Below are positions 45,982 through 57,850 of a DNA stretch of 64,000 nt, piece after piece (the first letter of the stretch is position 1; each line of letters opens with the position of its first letter). The position numbers and the translations under genes are program-made. This stretch comes from Chloroflexota bacterium (lineage in GTDB: Bacteria > Chloroflexota > UBA11872 > VXNJ01), in the NCBI GenBank assembly GCA_965261345.1, contig OZ253449.1, forward strand, positions 256,001-320,000, written 5' to 3'. A model generated the notes under the pieces. The model searched no databases. It was not told where the DNA came from and worked only from the letters and a program-made list of their open reading frames with translations.

Positions 45982-46140
45982 TGATCGGGCCCGCGGGCGG
46001 GCGTGCCGGCAAGGCACCTTGGCAACTAAATTGACTTTGAGTCCATGCATCGCAATGGCGAACTGCGATACGGCCGGGTAAATTCCTAGCGCTTGCAGAT
46101 TCTTGAGGAAATCTGCCTTGGAACGCCGGTCTCTGCGCGT

Positions 46141-47127
46141 TCAACCAACCTTGACGAGCAGCTTGCCCCGTGACTTGCCTTGCTCTAACTGCCGATGGGC
46201 GTCGGCCGCCTCCGGCAGGTCAAAAATACCGCCGATCTGGACCGTTAGTTGGCCCGCACGGTAGAAATCGAACATTGCATTCACCCGTGCCAACAGCTGA
46301 TCGCGATCACGCACGTAGAAGAATGAAACCCCCACCGTTAAGAAAACAGTGCCGGGCGCCAGCATTCCGGTATCAAAAGCAGTTGCCAGCCCGTCGCGAT
46401 GTCCGCCCGACTTGTAGCCATACAGGACGCAACGGCCGCCGCGGCGACAGGCTTTGATCGAACCGGGCAAGGTGGAGTTACCGATCCCGTCGTAGACCAG
46501 GTCCACGCCCCCGCCGCTGGCCGCGCGCACCTGCTCAACCCAGTCGCCGGAGCGGTAGTCGATTGCCGCACTGGCCCCCAACCCGGTCACAAACTCAAAC
46601 TTTCCCGGCGAGGTGGTTGTCAAGACCTGGCCCGCGCCGGCCAGCCCGGCCAGTTGGATCGCAAGGTGTCCCGTTCCCCCGCCACCGGAATGGATGAGAA
46701 CCGATTGGCCCGCACTCACCGGGGCGATATCAAAAATTAGGGAATGGGCCATGATGCCCTGCAGCATCAACGCCACCGCAATCTCCGGCGGTACACCGTC
46801 TGGGATCGGAACCGCACGCTCGGCTGGAATCGCCGCCAGCTCGCTGCAACTGCTCGGCAGCCCGGGCAACCACCAGACCACCGGGTCGCCAACCGTAAAC
46901 CCAGGGGCCTTCCCGCCGACTTCGACGACCGTTCCGCAACCCTCGGTGCCCAGGATCATTGGCAGCGGGGTTCCGCGTTCGCCGCGGCGATGGTCAACAT
47001 CGGAAAAATTGAGACCGGCGTACTCGACCCGCACCAACAACTGATCGGGTTCGATTTTGGGGTCAGGAACCTCCCCAACCTCCAAAACCTCGGGCCCGCC
47101 GTATCTGGCGGCCATGAGTGCCTTCAA
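46141..47127 (-). CDS. Quinone oxidoreductase (MDR/zeta-crystallin family)
   Basis: GGPEVL, GLNFSD, LGTEG.G, SGGGGTG and GKLLV motifs. Confidence 0.9.
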   Translation of the reverse strand: MKALMAARYGGPEVLEVGEVPDPKIEPDQLLVRVEYAGLNFSDVDHRRGERGTPLPMILGTEGCGTVVEVGGKAPGFTVGDPVVWWLPGLPSSCSELAAIPAERAVPIPDGVPPEIAVALMLQGIMAHSLIFDIAPVSAGQSVLIHSGGGGTGHLAIQLAGLAGAGQVLTTTSPGKFEFVTGLGASAAIDYRSGDWVEQVRAASGGGVDLVYDGIGNSTLPGSIKACRRGGRCVLYGYKSGGHRDGLATAFDTGMLAPGTVFLTVGVSFFYVRDRDQLLARVNAMFDFYRAGQLTVQIGGIFDLPEAADAHRQLEQGKSRGKLLVKVG

Positions 47128-47413
47128 TATTCAACTCCAATAAACGGACCGGTTGTGGGGCTCATATTTTGCTCGGCCGATTGTTGGCCCGGCAAACCAC
47201 GGTTGCCCAACTCCCTGCCACGCAGACGGAAAAACGGATTTCAAACGGGAGCTTCACCGGTCGGGATAGTGGGTCGCAATCGACCGGATTTAGATGCATG
47301 GCAATTTACTCAATATGGACTACCCGCCGGAACGTCCAGCGGTTGACCACCTCAGGGTTGGGCAGTTTCCGCAATGGGTCAGCGCCGATAGACTGGGCTG
47401 GCCATTTTGACGA

Positions 47414-48253
47414 GTGAATGGACTTGACGCGATAGCAAATCGAGTGCCCGTCACCAAGTTGCTGGCGATGAAACGGGCCAGGGAACCGATAGTTTGCGTT
47501 ACGGCCTACGATCATGCCGTCGCCCGCCTGGTCGACCAGGCGCAAATCCCGGTGATATTGGTCGGCGACAGCCTGGGCCAGGCGGTGCTTGGGCACGCTA
47601 CGACAATTCCGGTTACCTTGGGCGACATCATCCACCACACCAGGGCGGTTGTGCGCGGGGCTCAGCGGGCGCTGGTTGTGGCCGACATGCCTTTCCTGAC
47701 GTACCAGATAAACGCTTCCGAAGCATTGCGAAATGCGAGTCGGTTGCTGCAGGAGGGGGGAGCGCAGGCGGTAAAGCTTGAAGGCGGAAAAAGTGTAGCC
47801 GCGATCATTGGCCGGCTTACCGACAGCGGCATTCCGGTCATGGGCCACGTCGGCCTCACCCCGCAGTCGGTACACCAACTCGGCGGTTACCGGGTCCAGG
47901 GGCGCACCGCCGCCCAGGCCCAGCGGATCATCGAAGACGCCCAGGCCGTGCAGGAGGCGGGAGCGTTCGCGGTCGTTTTGGAATTGATACCGGCGGAACT
48001 GGCCCGCGAGATCTCCCAGACGGTGGCCATCCCCACAATTGGAATCGGTTCGGGGGGCGGTTGCGACGGCCAGATTCAGGTGATAAACGACATCCTTGGC
48101 CTGGGCGCCTGGCAGCCCCGCCATGCCAGGAAATACGCCGATCTCAACGCCGAGGTACTAAGGGCGCTGCAAGCCTACGCGGCCGAAGTTGCCAGCGGGC
48201 AGTTTCCGGGTGTCGGTCCACGGTCCCAGGCCCCAACGCATGACGCGGGATAG
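47414..48253 (+). CDS. panB: 3-methyl-2-oxobutanoate hydroxymethyltransferase
   Basis: TAYD, LVGDSLG, DMPF, VKLEGG and GHVGLTPQ motifs. Confidence 0.96.
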   Translation: MNGLDAIANRVPVTKLLAMKRAREPIVCVTAYDHAVARLVDQAQIPVILVGDSLGQAVLGHATTIPVTLGDIIHHTRAVVRGAQRALVVADMPFLTYQINASEALRNASRLLQEGGAQAVKLEGGKSVAAIIGRLTDSGIPVMGHVGLTPQSVHQLGGYRVQGRTAAQAQRIIEDAQAVQEAGAFAVVLELIPAELAREISQTVAIPTIGIGSGGGCDGQIQVINDILGLGAWQPRHARKYADLNAEVLRALQAYAAEVASGQFPGVGPRSQAPTHDAG

Positions 48254-48263
48254 GCGATAAGAA

Positions 48264-49118
48264 CTGATTCAGCAGGTTTCAAGGATCGCCGGGCTAAGGG
48301 CCATATTGCGCCACGCCCACCGGCCAATCGGCCTAGTGCCGACGATGGGTGCGATCCATCGGGGGCATATTTCATTGGCTCGCGCCGCTCGCTCCGAGTG
48401 CGCGACGGTCGTGGCCTCGATATTTGTCAATCCCACTCAATTCGGGGCCGCTGACGACCTGAACGAATACCCGCGTCCGTTAGATAACGATTTGCAAAAG
48501 CTAGCGGCGGTCGATGTCGACGTCGCGTTCACACCCACCACGGCGGAAATGTACCCCGTTGGGTTCGCGGTACAAGTGCGGGTTGGGGGCCCGGCGCTGC
48601 CGCTGGAAGGTGCGGCGCGACCCGGGCATTTCGACGGCGTGGCCGCCGTGGTGGCCAAATTGCTCATCCAATCGGACGCTGATCGAGCTTACTTTGGCCT
48701 AAAGGACGGCCAGCAGGTCGCCGTCGTGAAGCGGGTCGCCCGGGACCTGGATATTGCAACCGAGATCGTCGCCCTACCGACCGTGCGTGAACCGGACGGG
48801 CTTGCCGTCAGTAGCCGCAATCAATTCCTAACGCCGCCGCAGCGGGCGGCGGCGGCGGTCATCTACCGGGCGCTGGCCGCGGCTCGGACCGCTCATGCGG
48901 ACGGCTTGCGCGACCCCAGTGAACTTGTGGCTGCCTGTCGGCAAACGATCGAAGCCGAATCGCTAATCGACGCGATCGACTACGTGGCGGTAGTGGATCC
49001 GGCAACGATTGAATCGTGGCCCGGCCACGGCGATTGCATGCTGGCGGTAGCAGTGCGGCTGGGGAGCGTCCGGCTGATCGACAACTTCATCTTGGAAGGC
49101 TGCCGCGATCTGATCTGA
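48264..49118 (+). CDS. panC: Pantoate--beta-alanine ligase
   Basis: VPTMGAIHRGH, SIFVNPTQF, RPGHFDGV and RLIDN motifs. Start uncertain (CTG 48264 or TTG 48306). Confidence 0.94.
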   Translation: MIQQVSRIAGLRAILRHAHRPIGLVPTMGAIHRGHISLARAARSECATVVASIFVNPTQFGAADDLNEYPRPLDNDLQKLAAVDVDVAFTPTTAEMYPVGFAVQVRVGGPALPLEGAARPGHFDGVAAVVAKLLIQSDADRAYFGLKDGQQVAVVKRVARDLDIATEIVALPTVREPDGLAVSSRNQFLTPPQRAAAAVIYRALAAARTAHADGLRDPSELVAACRQTIEAESLIDAIDYVAVVDPATIESWPGHGDCMLAVAVRLGSVRLIDNFILEGCRDLI

Positions 49119-49512
49119 TCCCGTGGCCGGCCGATGAAGCGGGCGCCGGAAAACGGGAATGCGCCATTGGGGCATCTGCCTACGCCAGCGGTTCAATTTC
49201 TTGACCGCCACTGAAGGTGCTTGAGCTTGGAATCGTGATTATTGCGCAGGCGGCAGTCTGGTAATTACCAGATCCGGCGCCCTTTACGCCGGTCACGTGA
49301 ACCTTGGCAACATCGGATCGGGCTACACCCTGCAAAACGTGAACCTCCAACCGCTGAAGTGGTTCGGCCGCTGTTGAATGTCCGCGCTCACCGATCAACC
49401 CGACCCAATCGTCGCCCTCCCATAATCTCGGGCCCGCGTCGCGGGCAACCGGTGGAGCAATTTGTTGGACGGGTTCCGGCGGTTACAAAAATTTCATTTC
49501 CATTCACCGCCT

Positions 49513-51426
49513 CTAGATGCCGGAAAAGGTCGGTTGCGGTTCCCGGTCCGGAGTGGTCTGCAGCGGCAGCACCACGCAGGAAGGACGCTCTGAGTCGTGA
49601 AATATCGACTGCACCGCGTTTACGTAGGACCGATCGATCCCCAGCGGGCCGCCAGTATTGGGGTTTACGTCAAAGCGCGGGAAATTGCTTGAGGAGATGT
49701 CAACCCTGATCCGGTGACCCGCCTTGAAAAGGTTCGAGGTCGGGAACAACTCAAATTCAAACAGGTACGGTGTGCCGGGTTCCATGAGCACCTCGCGGTC
49801 CCAGCCGCAACGGAAGCGGGCCCGGATGATCGAATCGGTTATGTTGATTGCCAGGCCGTTCGGGTACCGCTCCGTCGGTGGCAGCACTTCGATCAGCTTG
49901 GCGGTAAAGTCGGTATCGACCGCCGTTGAAGACGCCCACAGCCGTACCGAAATCGGGCCGGTGGCCGCAACGTCGGATTCGAGCTCCCCGGTCTGGAAGG
50001 TAAGCACGTCCGGGCGCATATTTAGCGCCGAATCGTCCTTCGAACCGATGAACCTGGGGCCGCCCCGCTGGTCGTAGGCCCCTGCATTCATCCAGGGTTG
50101 GGCCGCCGATATCGACCCGCCGATGGTTGGCACCGGGTTGGTCGGATCGAATGTGAATCGGCTGGGCCGTATATCAGATTTCGCCGGGGGCGCGGTTGAC
50201 AGCCCGCCGCCGGCCTGCAGGTAGTGCTCGGTCGGCCGCATCCCGGGCGGAGGCCAGGTCTCGGCCTCGCGCCAGAAACCGCCGCGGTTCAATCGGCCGG
50301 ACGGGTTGAGCGAATCGTTCCCGGTCCCCATGGTGAAGTAACGAACCGACGGGAAACGCGCTGCGGCCGAATCCATTCCTTTTAGGTAATGGTCAAACCA
50401 GCTGAGCCGGAGATCCTTGTAGTTGATGTGTGATCCGGTGCCAAAGTCCGAATCACCCGAGTTGGTGATCTCGTACTGGCCGTGGGTCCACGGCCCCATC
50501 AGCAGGCGCTGGTCGCTGCGCTTGGTGCGGCGGTAGTCGAGAAAGTTCTGGATGGTGTTGCGCGGATAGGTATCGTACCAGCCCCCAAGGTACAGGGTGG
50601 GCACGTCGGCATGCTCTTCAACGTACTCGCCGGGGGCATATCCGCGTTGCTTCCAGTATTTCCCGAAGGTGCCGTTGGTGAGGATGTCGATCGCCCAGCG
50701 CTCATAGCTGGGCAGTCGGCGCAGTACAGTCGCTCCCTCCCTGAGAGGGAACGACTCGATGATCTTGCTAAATGCGATCGCGTCCCGGCTTTCGTAGGTT
50801 GGAAAGGCCACGATGTCATTGAGCACGTGCGGATAGATGCTTTCAAGTTCGGCTCGCAGGCCCGGATCGGCGGCCGCTTCCTTGCTGTCAACCGCCATGC
50901 GGAAGGCGTAGATTAGAAATCGCTGCTCCAACGCCCCGTTCTGCCGCATCGCGGAGTGGAAGTAGTTGGACGCCCCTACTGCGACGATCATGGTCGAAAG
51001 GTGCGGCGGGTCAAGTGTTGCCAACGCCGACTGGACGCTGCCGGGGTAGGAGTCGCCCATCGTGCCGACTTGGCCATCGGACCATGGCTGGGTCGCCAAC
51101 CACTCGACGGTATCGTAACCGTCCGGCGCCTCGTGGGCGAACGCGTACCACTGTCCCTCGGACGCAAAACGTCCCCGAACATCCTGGATAGCGCATACGT
51201 AGCCGCGCCGAGCGAAATATTTGCCCTTGGTCACGTTGACCGCTGAAGCTTTGTTGTAAGGCGTGCGTTCCAGCACGGTCGGGAACGGCCCCGCCAGGGC
51301 CTCCCCCTCCATGGCCGGGAGGTAGATGTCGGTGGCCAGGCCAATTCCATCGCGGGCCTCCACCATCACGTTGGAATGGCAGTGGACTTCATACCCCTGG
51401 GCCGAGCCTTGATATTTTTTGGTCAT
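49513..51426 (-). CDS. CocE/NonD family hydrolase
   Basis: RTPY, QDVRGR, GDSYPG, GWYD, GPWTHG and SSNFPRFD motifs. Confidence 0.92.
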   Translation of the reverse strand: MTKKYQGSAQGYEVHCHSNVMVEARDGIGLATDIYLPAMEGEALAGPFPTVLERTPYNKASAVNVTKGKYFARRGYVCAIQDVRGRFASEGQWYAFAHEAPDGYDTVEWLATQPWSDGQVGTMGDSYPGSVQSALATLDPPHLSTMIVAVGASNYFHSAMRQNGALEQRFLIYAFRMAVDSKEAAADPGLRAELESIYPHVLNDIVAFPTYESRDAIAFSKIIESFPLREGATVLRRLPSYERWAIDILTNGTFGKYWKQRGYAPGEYVEEHADVPTLYLGGWYDTYPRNTIQNFLDYRRTKRSDQRLLMGPWTHGQYEITNSGDSDFGTGSHINYKDLRLSWFDHYLKGMDSAAARFPSVRYFTMGTGNDSLNPSGRLNRGGFWREAETWPPPGMRPTEHYLQAGGGLSTAPPAKSDIRPSRFTFDPTNPVPTIGGSISAAQPWMNAGAYDQRGGPRFIGSKDDSALNMRPDVLTFQTGELESDVAATGPISVRLWASSTAVDTDFTAKLIEVLPPTERYPNGLAINITDSIIRARFRCGWDREVLMEPGTPYLFEFELFPTSNLFKAGHRIRVDISSSNFPRFDVNPNTGGPLGIDRSYVNAVQSIFHDSERPSCVVLPLQTTPDREPQPTFSGI

Positions 51427-52060
51427 TGGGGTAATGCGCCTGTCCTTGATGTCGCAGCGGGTTAACGGTGCGCTCGGCGGGCCCCGGGTCATTCCCACCG
51501 GGGGCCATCGATGCCATTTCGGCCTCGCCTATGGAAAGTATGTGGCCAACTGGATCTCGACTACCACTCTGTTGGTCAATCCCGCGAATACGACCCAACG
51601 GGACGGTCAACTCCGCGCCGCGATCATCCTGGATCGATTGCGCGACGGTCAATATCGCAAATCGCCCCATCGGGGTATCAACGTCCCGGACCCGAACCGG
51701 CGGGATCGAATTGAGCGATCCGTTGGAGCCAGTGGGCTGTACCCTATTTGCTCAACCTGAAGAGAATTCGAATACGGTTTAATTCTTCGGTAGGTGAGAG
51801 GTTTGAACGGCTTCCGTTGATTGACCATCCTGCAGCCGGGCAAAAAACGCCGATCGCTTTGACCAAATCGGTTGCGCGTCGGGCCGAAAATTGCGGCCGT
51901 GCTCGGATTTCGGCAGATCCGACATGACACCGGAAGTGCCCGGGCCGGCCACGGCCAATGCTCGGGGTCTGGAAAGTTCATTTTTCCCGGCCAACCCCGG
52001 CAGTCCGGTCGAAGGATTTCCAATCCAGATCCCTCTGACGCCGATGCGCGAGGCGTTTTA

Positions 52061-53801
52061 GTGGCGGCCCTAGTTTCCCCAAATCCCCGAAACGAGGCCC
52101 ACGAGAACCCACCGCTTGCGCGATCGATTGGCCTCGGTCTGCAGTTCAGCGTAATTGCGTCCGCCACCCTGTTGGTTACGCCGGTCATCGTGGCTACGGC
52201 CTCGGGGAGGGGAGAAGCATATCTGATATGGATGGTCTTTGCCTCGCTGGTGGTCGTTGGCATTTCAACCCTGGTTCAGGTCCGCCGGTTGGGGCTGGTT
52301 GGAATGGGGGCGGTATTGCCGATGTTTACCGCCGCCTTCTCCATCCCTTTCTGCATTACCGCGGTCGTGGACGGTGGCCCGGCGACCCTGACCGCCCTGA
52401 TGATCGTTGCGGCGGCGGTCCAGTTGGTAATTTCCCGGTGGCTGTTCATCCTGCGACGAATCGTGACGCCGACCGTGGGCGGAATAGTAATGATGATCCT
52501 CTCCATCACCCTGGCCTCGGTCGTATTCGGACTGCTCGATGAGGCATCAACTATCGAGCCGGTTTCGGCGCCCCTAACCGCCCTGGCAACACTGGTGGTG
52601 GTCGGGGCCCTCACGCTGCGCGGCAATGCGGTGTTGCGACTCTGGGGGCCGGTTATTGGAATCGTTGCTGGCTGCCTGGTTGCCGCAGCTTTCGGCGTTT
52701 ACGACTTTGAACGGGTCGTTCAAGCCCCCTGGGTGGGCATCCCCAACGAGTGGCCGGGGGTGGCGGTGGATTTTGGCGTCGCCTTCTGGACGCTGCTGCC
52801 GGCGTTCATGTTCCTGGGCGTGATCATTTCGATCCAGATGAACGGGGCGGCCATCGCGCTGCAGCGAGTTTCCCACCGGGAGGCCCAGGCGGTCAATTTC
52901 CGGGAGGTGCAGGGGGCACTGTCAGGTGGCGCGTTGAGCAATCTGCTCGCGGGTGTTAGCGGGGCGGTGCCCAACATCGCCAATCCGGGTATCGTCTCGT
53001 TTACCCAAATTACCGGGGTTGCGGCACGCCGGGTGGGATACATCGTTGGCTGCACATTCATTGCTGGTTGCATTCCTACCCAAGGTGTCCGGGCTGCTAA
53101 GCACCATTCCCGGACCGGTTATGACCGGATACCTGGTCCTGATCACCGGCACGCTTTTCGTTGACGGTGCGCGCACGGTAATCCAGACCGAGCGGAACCA
53201 GCACAAACTCCTGGTCGCCGGCGTCTCGTTCTGGATTGGAGCGGCGTTTCAATTTGATCTGTTCACCCTTCCGAACGTCGGCGCGGTTTGGGGCGCGATG
53301 CTAAAGAGCGGAGTAACCACCGGCGGGCTAACCGCGATGGCGGCGGTCCTGTTCCTTGAACTGACCAACAAGCGGCGTATGCGGTTCGAATCGCGGCTGC
53401 ACATCGACGCGCTTCCGGATCTAAACGAGTTCATTGCCCGGTTCGCGCGCGACCGCCGTTGGGGCGAGTCGATCCAGGACCGCCTCGGCGCGGTGGCCGA
53501 AGAGACCCTGCTGACCCTGGCGCCATTGGATCTCAGTTCCGATGGAGGGTCGCAGGATGAACGGCGTCTGGTCGTGCTGGCGACCAGCGATGGCCCGGTG
53601 GCCGACCTCGAATTCATCGGCGGCGGTAACGAGGAGAACCTGGAGGACCAAATCCGCCAGCTGCAACTGCACGACGAAGAAAGCCCCGCCGAAAACGAGA
53701 TTTCGCTGCGGCTACTGCGTCAGTACGCGGCATCGGTCCAGCACCAACAGTACTTTGACAAGGACATCATTACGGTCCGGGTGGAGCCACCCGGAAATTG
53801 A
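52061..53801 (+). pseudogene. Second NCS2-family transporter with the same C-terminal domain, single frameshift
   Basis: Paralog of 41418-43148 (HENPP, RRIVTP, RLW.P, FWIG, EETL, RLLR.YA.SV.H). One extra base at ~53061. Confidence 0.82.
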
Positions 53802-54271
53802 TTTGCCAGGGACTCTGGCAGAGCCTGGCCCGCGCCAATCAAGGCACCCCGAATTGCAATAGGATTTCGACCGCCGGCAGCGCGAGCGCCCACCGATATG
53901 ACCGTAATTTCTCTTCAATAAGCGCGTGCGAGCACCGTAATTTGCGATCACATCTCCCAAAGACCTTTCACGCTGTCGGCGGCATCGTCCATGCGGGACT
54001 CCCAGGCACACTCGGCGGGTCCTGCGAGATCTGACGGCATTGTTTGGCCCGGCACTGGCGCAATCGTTGGGGTTGCCGCAATTACCCGCGAGGCTTGCGC
54101 CACGGTTGGGTTCCCTGCACTTTGGAACACTCGCTGAACAGAGGCTGGGCAGCAGGAGGCGGTAGCTTCCCCGATGCCCCTACGGTGCCCGAGATTGTTG
54201 AAAACATTTGGATGCAACATTGGGCTCTCTCACAACCATCGGCAACGCCAATTACGGTGTTCGGTTCGGTT

Positions 54272-56059
54272 TTACCCCGGCCAAACCAGCTGAACCGTAA
54301 CGACCGTTACGCCCAACACGAGCAGCGTGAGCGGTGCACCCGCCCGCGCAAATTCGAGATAACGGTATCCGGCCACGTTGTAAACGAGCAGGTTGGCCTG
54401 ATGACCAAATGGCGTCAAAAAAGCGGTTGAGGCGGAGATCGCCACCGTAATCATTAGCCCGGTTGCCGAAATCCCCACATCTTGACCGGCCAGGGATAGT
54501 GCTATCGGGGCCATGATCACGACCGCGGTGGCATTGGCGGTGGCCTGAGTGAGGAGCGCGGTAGTTAGAAAAAGGCCCGCCACCAACGCATGCGGACCGT
54601 AACCGGCGATGGCGGCCGCCAGCTGCTCGGCGACAGCCGCAGCCACCCCGGTAGATTGCATCGCTCCCCCGATTGGAATCATCGCCCCGATAAGGATTGG
54701 CAACTGCCAATCGACGGCATCATACAGGCGGCGGCGGGAGATGACCCTGAGCGCGAGCATCGCCAGGATTCCGGCCATCACCGCAATTGCAATGTGGGTC
54801 AGACCAAGGGCCGCCACCGCAATTACGGCAACTAGCACCAGCAGCGCCCGCGGTGCGCTGGGCGAGGCATTTTCCCGATGGTCGGTTCGCTGCCCCAGCA
54901 ATAGGAAGTGGGAATCCTGGGCCAGCGCGTTTAAACCATGGCGCGGGAATTGCACCAGCAACACATCGCCGGAGCGAATGCGCAGCCGCGCCAGATTGGT
55001 GTGCAATCGTTCGCCGTGGCGCCAAATCCCCAGCACCAGGCCTCCGAAACGCTGGCCGAAACCGTATTTGGCAAGCGAGGTGTCGGCGGTGTCAAACCAG
55101 GGAGTGGCCACGATTTCGGCCACGATGGTGTTGGCGTCGTCGGCGATCGAGCCATGCCATGCCCGCGCGTGCCCGACTCCGGGGAGTTTGGCCAGGGCCA
55201 TCACATCGTCATATTCACCGGCAACCACCAACGTGTCATTGATAAAAATCTGATCGTTTGAAGTGACCGTTCGTTGGCGCGACCCGCGGCGGCGGATCTC
55301 CAACACCGAGAGGCCGTATTTGGCCCTCCAGCCGAGCTCATATAAGCGGGCGCCCGGGTCGGCAAACGAGCCGGATATCTGCAGTTCAAACAGGAAGGTG
55401 CGTACCTGTTCAACCAATCCGGCATCGCCCTGGGCCGGTCGCGAGGGCAACAGGCGATGACCGATAAGGACAAAATAAATGATCCCGGTGACCGCCACCG
55501 CCAATCCGGTGGGGGCGAAGTCGAACATCGTCAGCCGCCCTTGGCCCGACTCGTTTAGCAGGTCTGCGGCGATTATGTTAGGCGGCGTGCCGATCAGGGT
55601 GGCCAGGCCTCCAAGCAGCGATCCGAACGAAAGCGGCATCAGCAGCTTCAGGCTGGAAATCCGTGCGGTCCGCGCCATGCCGGTGACTGCCGGTAGCAGG
55701 ATGAGGGTAGCGGCAATGTTGTTGATGAACGCCGACATGGCCCCCACGCTGGCCATCGTCATGGCCAGCAGGCCGCTGCGCGATCCACCGGCCACGCGCG
55801 AGAGGAACGAGGCGATAGCCTGGGGAACGTCGGCGTCGGTGATCGCGGCTGAAAGAATGAAGAATGCGACCACCGTCACCACCGCCGGGTGGGCAAATCC
55901 CGCCAAGGCGGTGACCGGTTCGATGACGCCGGTTAGGGCCATGAGCACCAGGCCGATAACCGCCACGATTTCGGGCCTTATTTTTTCGGTAGCAAACAGA
56001 ATCACCATTCCGGTCAGGACGGCGATCGTGATCCAAGCCGAGGGGGAGAGCGATTCCAT
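54272..56059 (-). CDS. SLC13 family permease with TrkA-C domains
   Basis: SAFINN, TLIGTPPN and FLTPFGHQAN motifs; central RCK-C repeats. Confidence 0.92.
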   Translation of the reverse strand: MESLSPSAWITIAVLTGMVILFATEKIRPEIVAVIGLVLMALTGVIEPVTALAGFAHPAVVTVVAFFILSAAITDADVPQAIASFLSRVAGGSRSGLLAMTMASVGAMSAFINNIAATLILLPAVTGMARTARISSLKLLMPLSFGSLLGGLATLIGTPPNIIAADLLNESGQGRLTMFDFAPTGLAVAVTGIIYFVLIGHRLLPSRPAQGDAGLVEQVRTFLFELQISGSFADPGARLYELGWRAKYGLSVLEIRRRGSRQRTVTSNDQIFINDTLVVAGEYDDVMALAKLPGVGHARAWHGSIADDANTIVAEIVATPWFDTADTSLAKYGFGQRFGGLVLGIWRHGERLHTNLARLRIRSGDVLLVQFPRHGLNALAQDSHFLLLGQRTDHRENASPSAPRALLVLVAVIAVAALGLTHIAIAVMAGILAMLALRVISRRRLYDAVDWQLPILIGAMIPIGGAMQSTGVAAAVAEQLAAAIAGYGPHALVAGLFLTTALLTQATANATAVVIMAPIALSLAGQDVGISATGLMITVAISASTAFLTPFGHQANLLVYNVAGYRYLEFARAGAPLTLLVLGVTVVTVQLVWPG

Positions 56060-56929
56060 GAGTGGGTCGGGCCGCAGTTTGGGCTAAGGGGTTCTTATCT
56101 GGTGGGACCTACTTGATTGCGCCCGCCCGGGCGCAATCGGCCCCCGCATTTTGCCCGGCCTGCGGTTGTAGCGCTGGCTCACTTGCAAAATCCCTGGGCG
56201 ATAGCGGTTCCAGCGGAAACTTTTCCGCCCCGGCCAAAATCCGGGCGGACCAGAAAACATATGCCCGGTTGCAGTCACGGATTCGACGAATACACACTGT
56301 GTCCACTTATCGACTTGGATTTTTCATCCTTTAAGCGTCGATCGCGGCTTGAACCGGATGTGGGTCGGGAATTTCGGATGCGGCAGGCTCGAAACATTGT
56401 GACTACAAATATGGAGCCGTTGCGGGCAGGTTGGGGCGAAATAGTTGGTCCAAATTACCGGGTGGAAACAGCGCCCCGAAACAGTTGCAGCGCCGACGCG
56501 GCGTTGGCCAAACGGCCAACCCGGATCGTTCCGCATTCGCGGGTGAAAACCATCGCCCCATTTCGGGATCGCGCACCCATTGAAAACGATTGCGGCGGCA
56601 GGGTGGGCGCAGAACTTTTATTTTGCCGCCTGCGGGCATTTCGGGGCATGGCCGGCGCCTCAACCGGAATCCTAAAACACCGGGAGAGTAGTCAATTGAC
56701 CCAATCCGGCCCGGGCCCAAATAGCATGGCAATCCGCTGCCGCCAGTGCGATCAAGTGACCATGCAACATCGCATCGGCGGCGCGAATCTGGGCCAGCGG
56801 GCCGGCTCGCCTTAGGGACCATTGGGCCGTACCGCCAATCGGCCTGGGCGATTCGATAACATGATCCTGCGGCGACGTAAATTAGGTCGTAAGTCGATCG
56901 GACCCTACTGCCGCCGCGTCGATCGCGCT

Positions 56930-57850
56930 ATGCATCATCACCACGGCAGGGGTGGGGACCACGGCCACGGCGTCGTAGACCCATCCATCGCTACCACCGA
57001 TCGTGGCATTTGGGCGATCAAATGGTCGTTCATCGGGTTGGCGATAACCGCCGCCGTCCAGGTGGCCGTCGTGGTTCTTTCGGGCAGCGTGGCGCTGCTT
57101 GCCGACACCATCCACAACGTGGGCGACGCCCTTACCGCGGTACCACTCTGGATCGCTTTCTGGTTCGCCCGGCTGCCTCCCAGCCGGAGGTTCAACTACG
57201 GTTTCGGCCGGGTCGAAGACCTGGCCGGAGCGGCAATTGTTTTGGTGATTGTTTTTAGCGCCGCAACCGCCCTTTACCAATCGATCGACCGATTGATTAA
57301 TCCGCGCGAGGTTGAATTCCTCTGGGCGGTTGGCGCCGCCGGTGCGATTGGATTCATCGGCAACGAGGTGGTGGCCCTCTTTCGAATCCGGGTCGGTAGA
57401 GAGATCAACAGCGCGGCCTTAATTGCCGACGGTCACCACGCAAGGATCGACGGGTTCACCAGCCTGGCGGTCGTAGCCGGGGTGATTGCAATCTGGGCCG
57501 GCTTCCCGATCGCCGACCCGATCGCCGGGCTGATCATCACCGCAGTTATTGCCAAGATCGTCTACGATTCGATCAAGTCCGTCTTCGGGCGCATGCTTGA
57601 CGGAGTGGACCCGGCGATACTGGGCGAACTTGAGCACCTTGCCGGCCATGTCGACGGTGTGGTCGCGGTCATCGATTCGCGGGCCCGCTGGATCGGGCAC
57701 CGCCTGCATGCTGAGATCCGGGTCAATCCTGACGGCAATCCCTGCCTTGCCGAGGTTCATCAATTAGAGCTCCGGGTTGCGGCTGCGCTAGGCGATGCAA
57801 TTCCTTATTTGGGCGACATCGTAGTCCGGGTTCAACCACGAGATGTTTAA
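56930..57850 (+). CDS. Cation diffusion facilitator (CDF) transporter
   Basis: His-rich N-terminus; SVALLADTIHNVGD, ADGHHARID and ADP motifs. Confidence 0.92.
   Translation: MHHHHGRGGDHGHGVVDPSIATTDRGIWAIKWSFIGLAITAAVQVAVVVLSGSVALLADTIHNVGDALTAVPLWIAFWFARLPPSRRFNYGFGRVEDLAGAAIVLVIVFSAATALYQSIDRLINPREVEFLWAVGAAGAIGFIGNEVVALFRIRVGREINSAALIADGHHARIDGFTSLAVVAGVIAIWAGFPIADPIAGLIITAVIAKIVYDSIKSVFGRMLDGVDPAILGELEHLAGHVDGVVAVIDSRARWIGHRLHAEIRVNPDGNPCLAEVHQLELRVAAALGDAIPYLGDIVVRVQPRDV

Noticed and set aside
49180-49398. Possible panD remnant after panC
   Set aside because: Opposite strand and no PanD motifs (KIHRA, YxGS).
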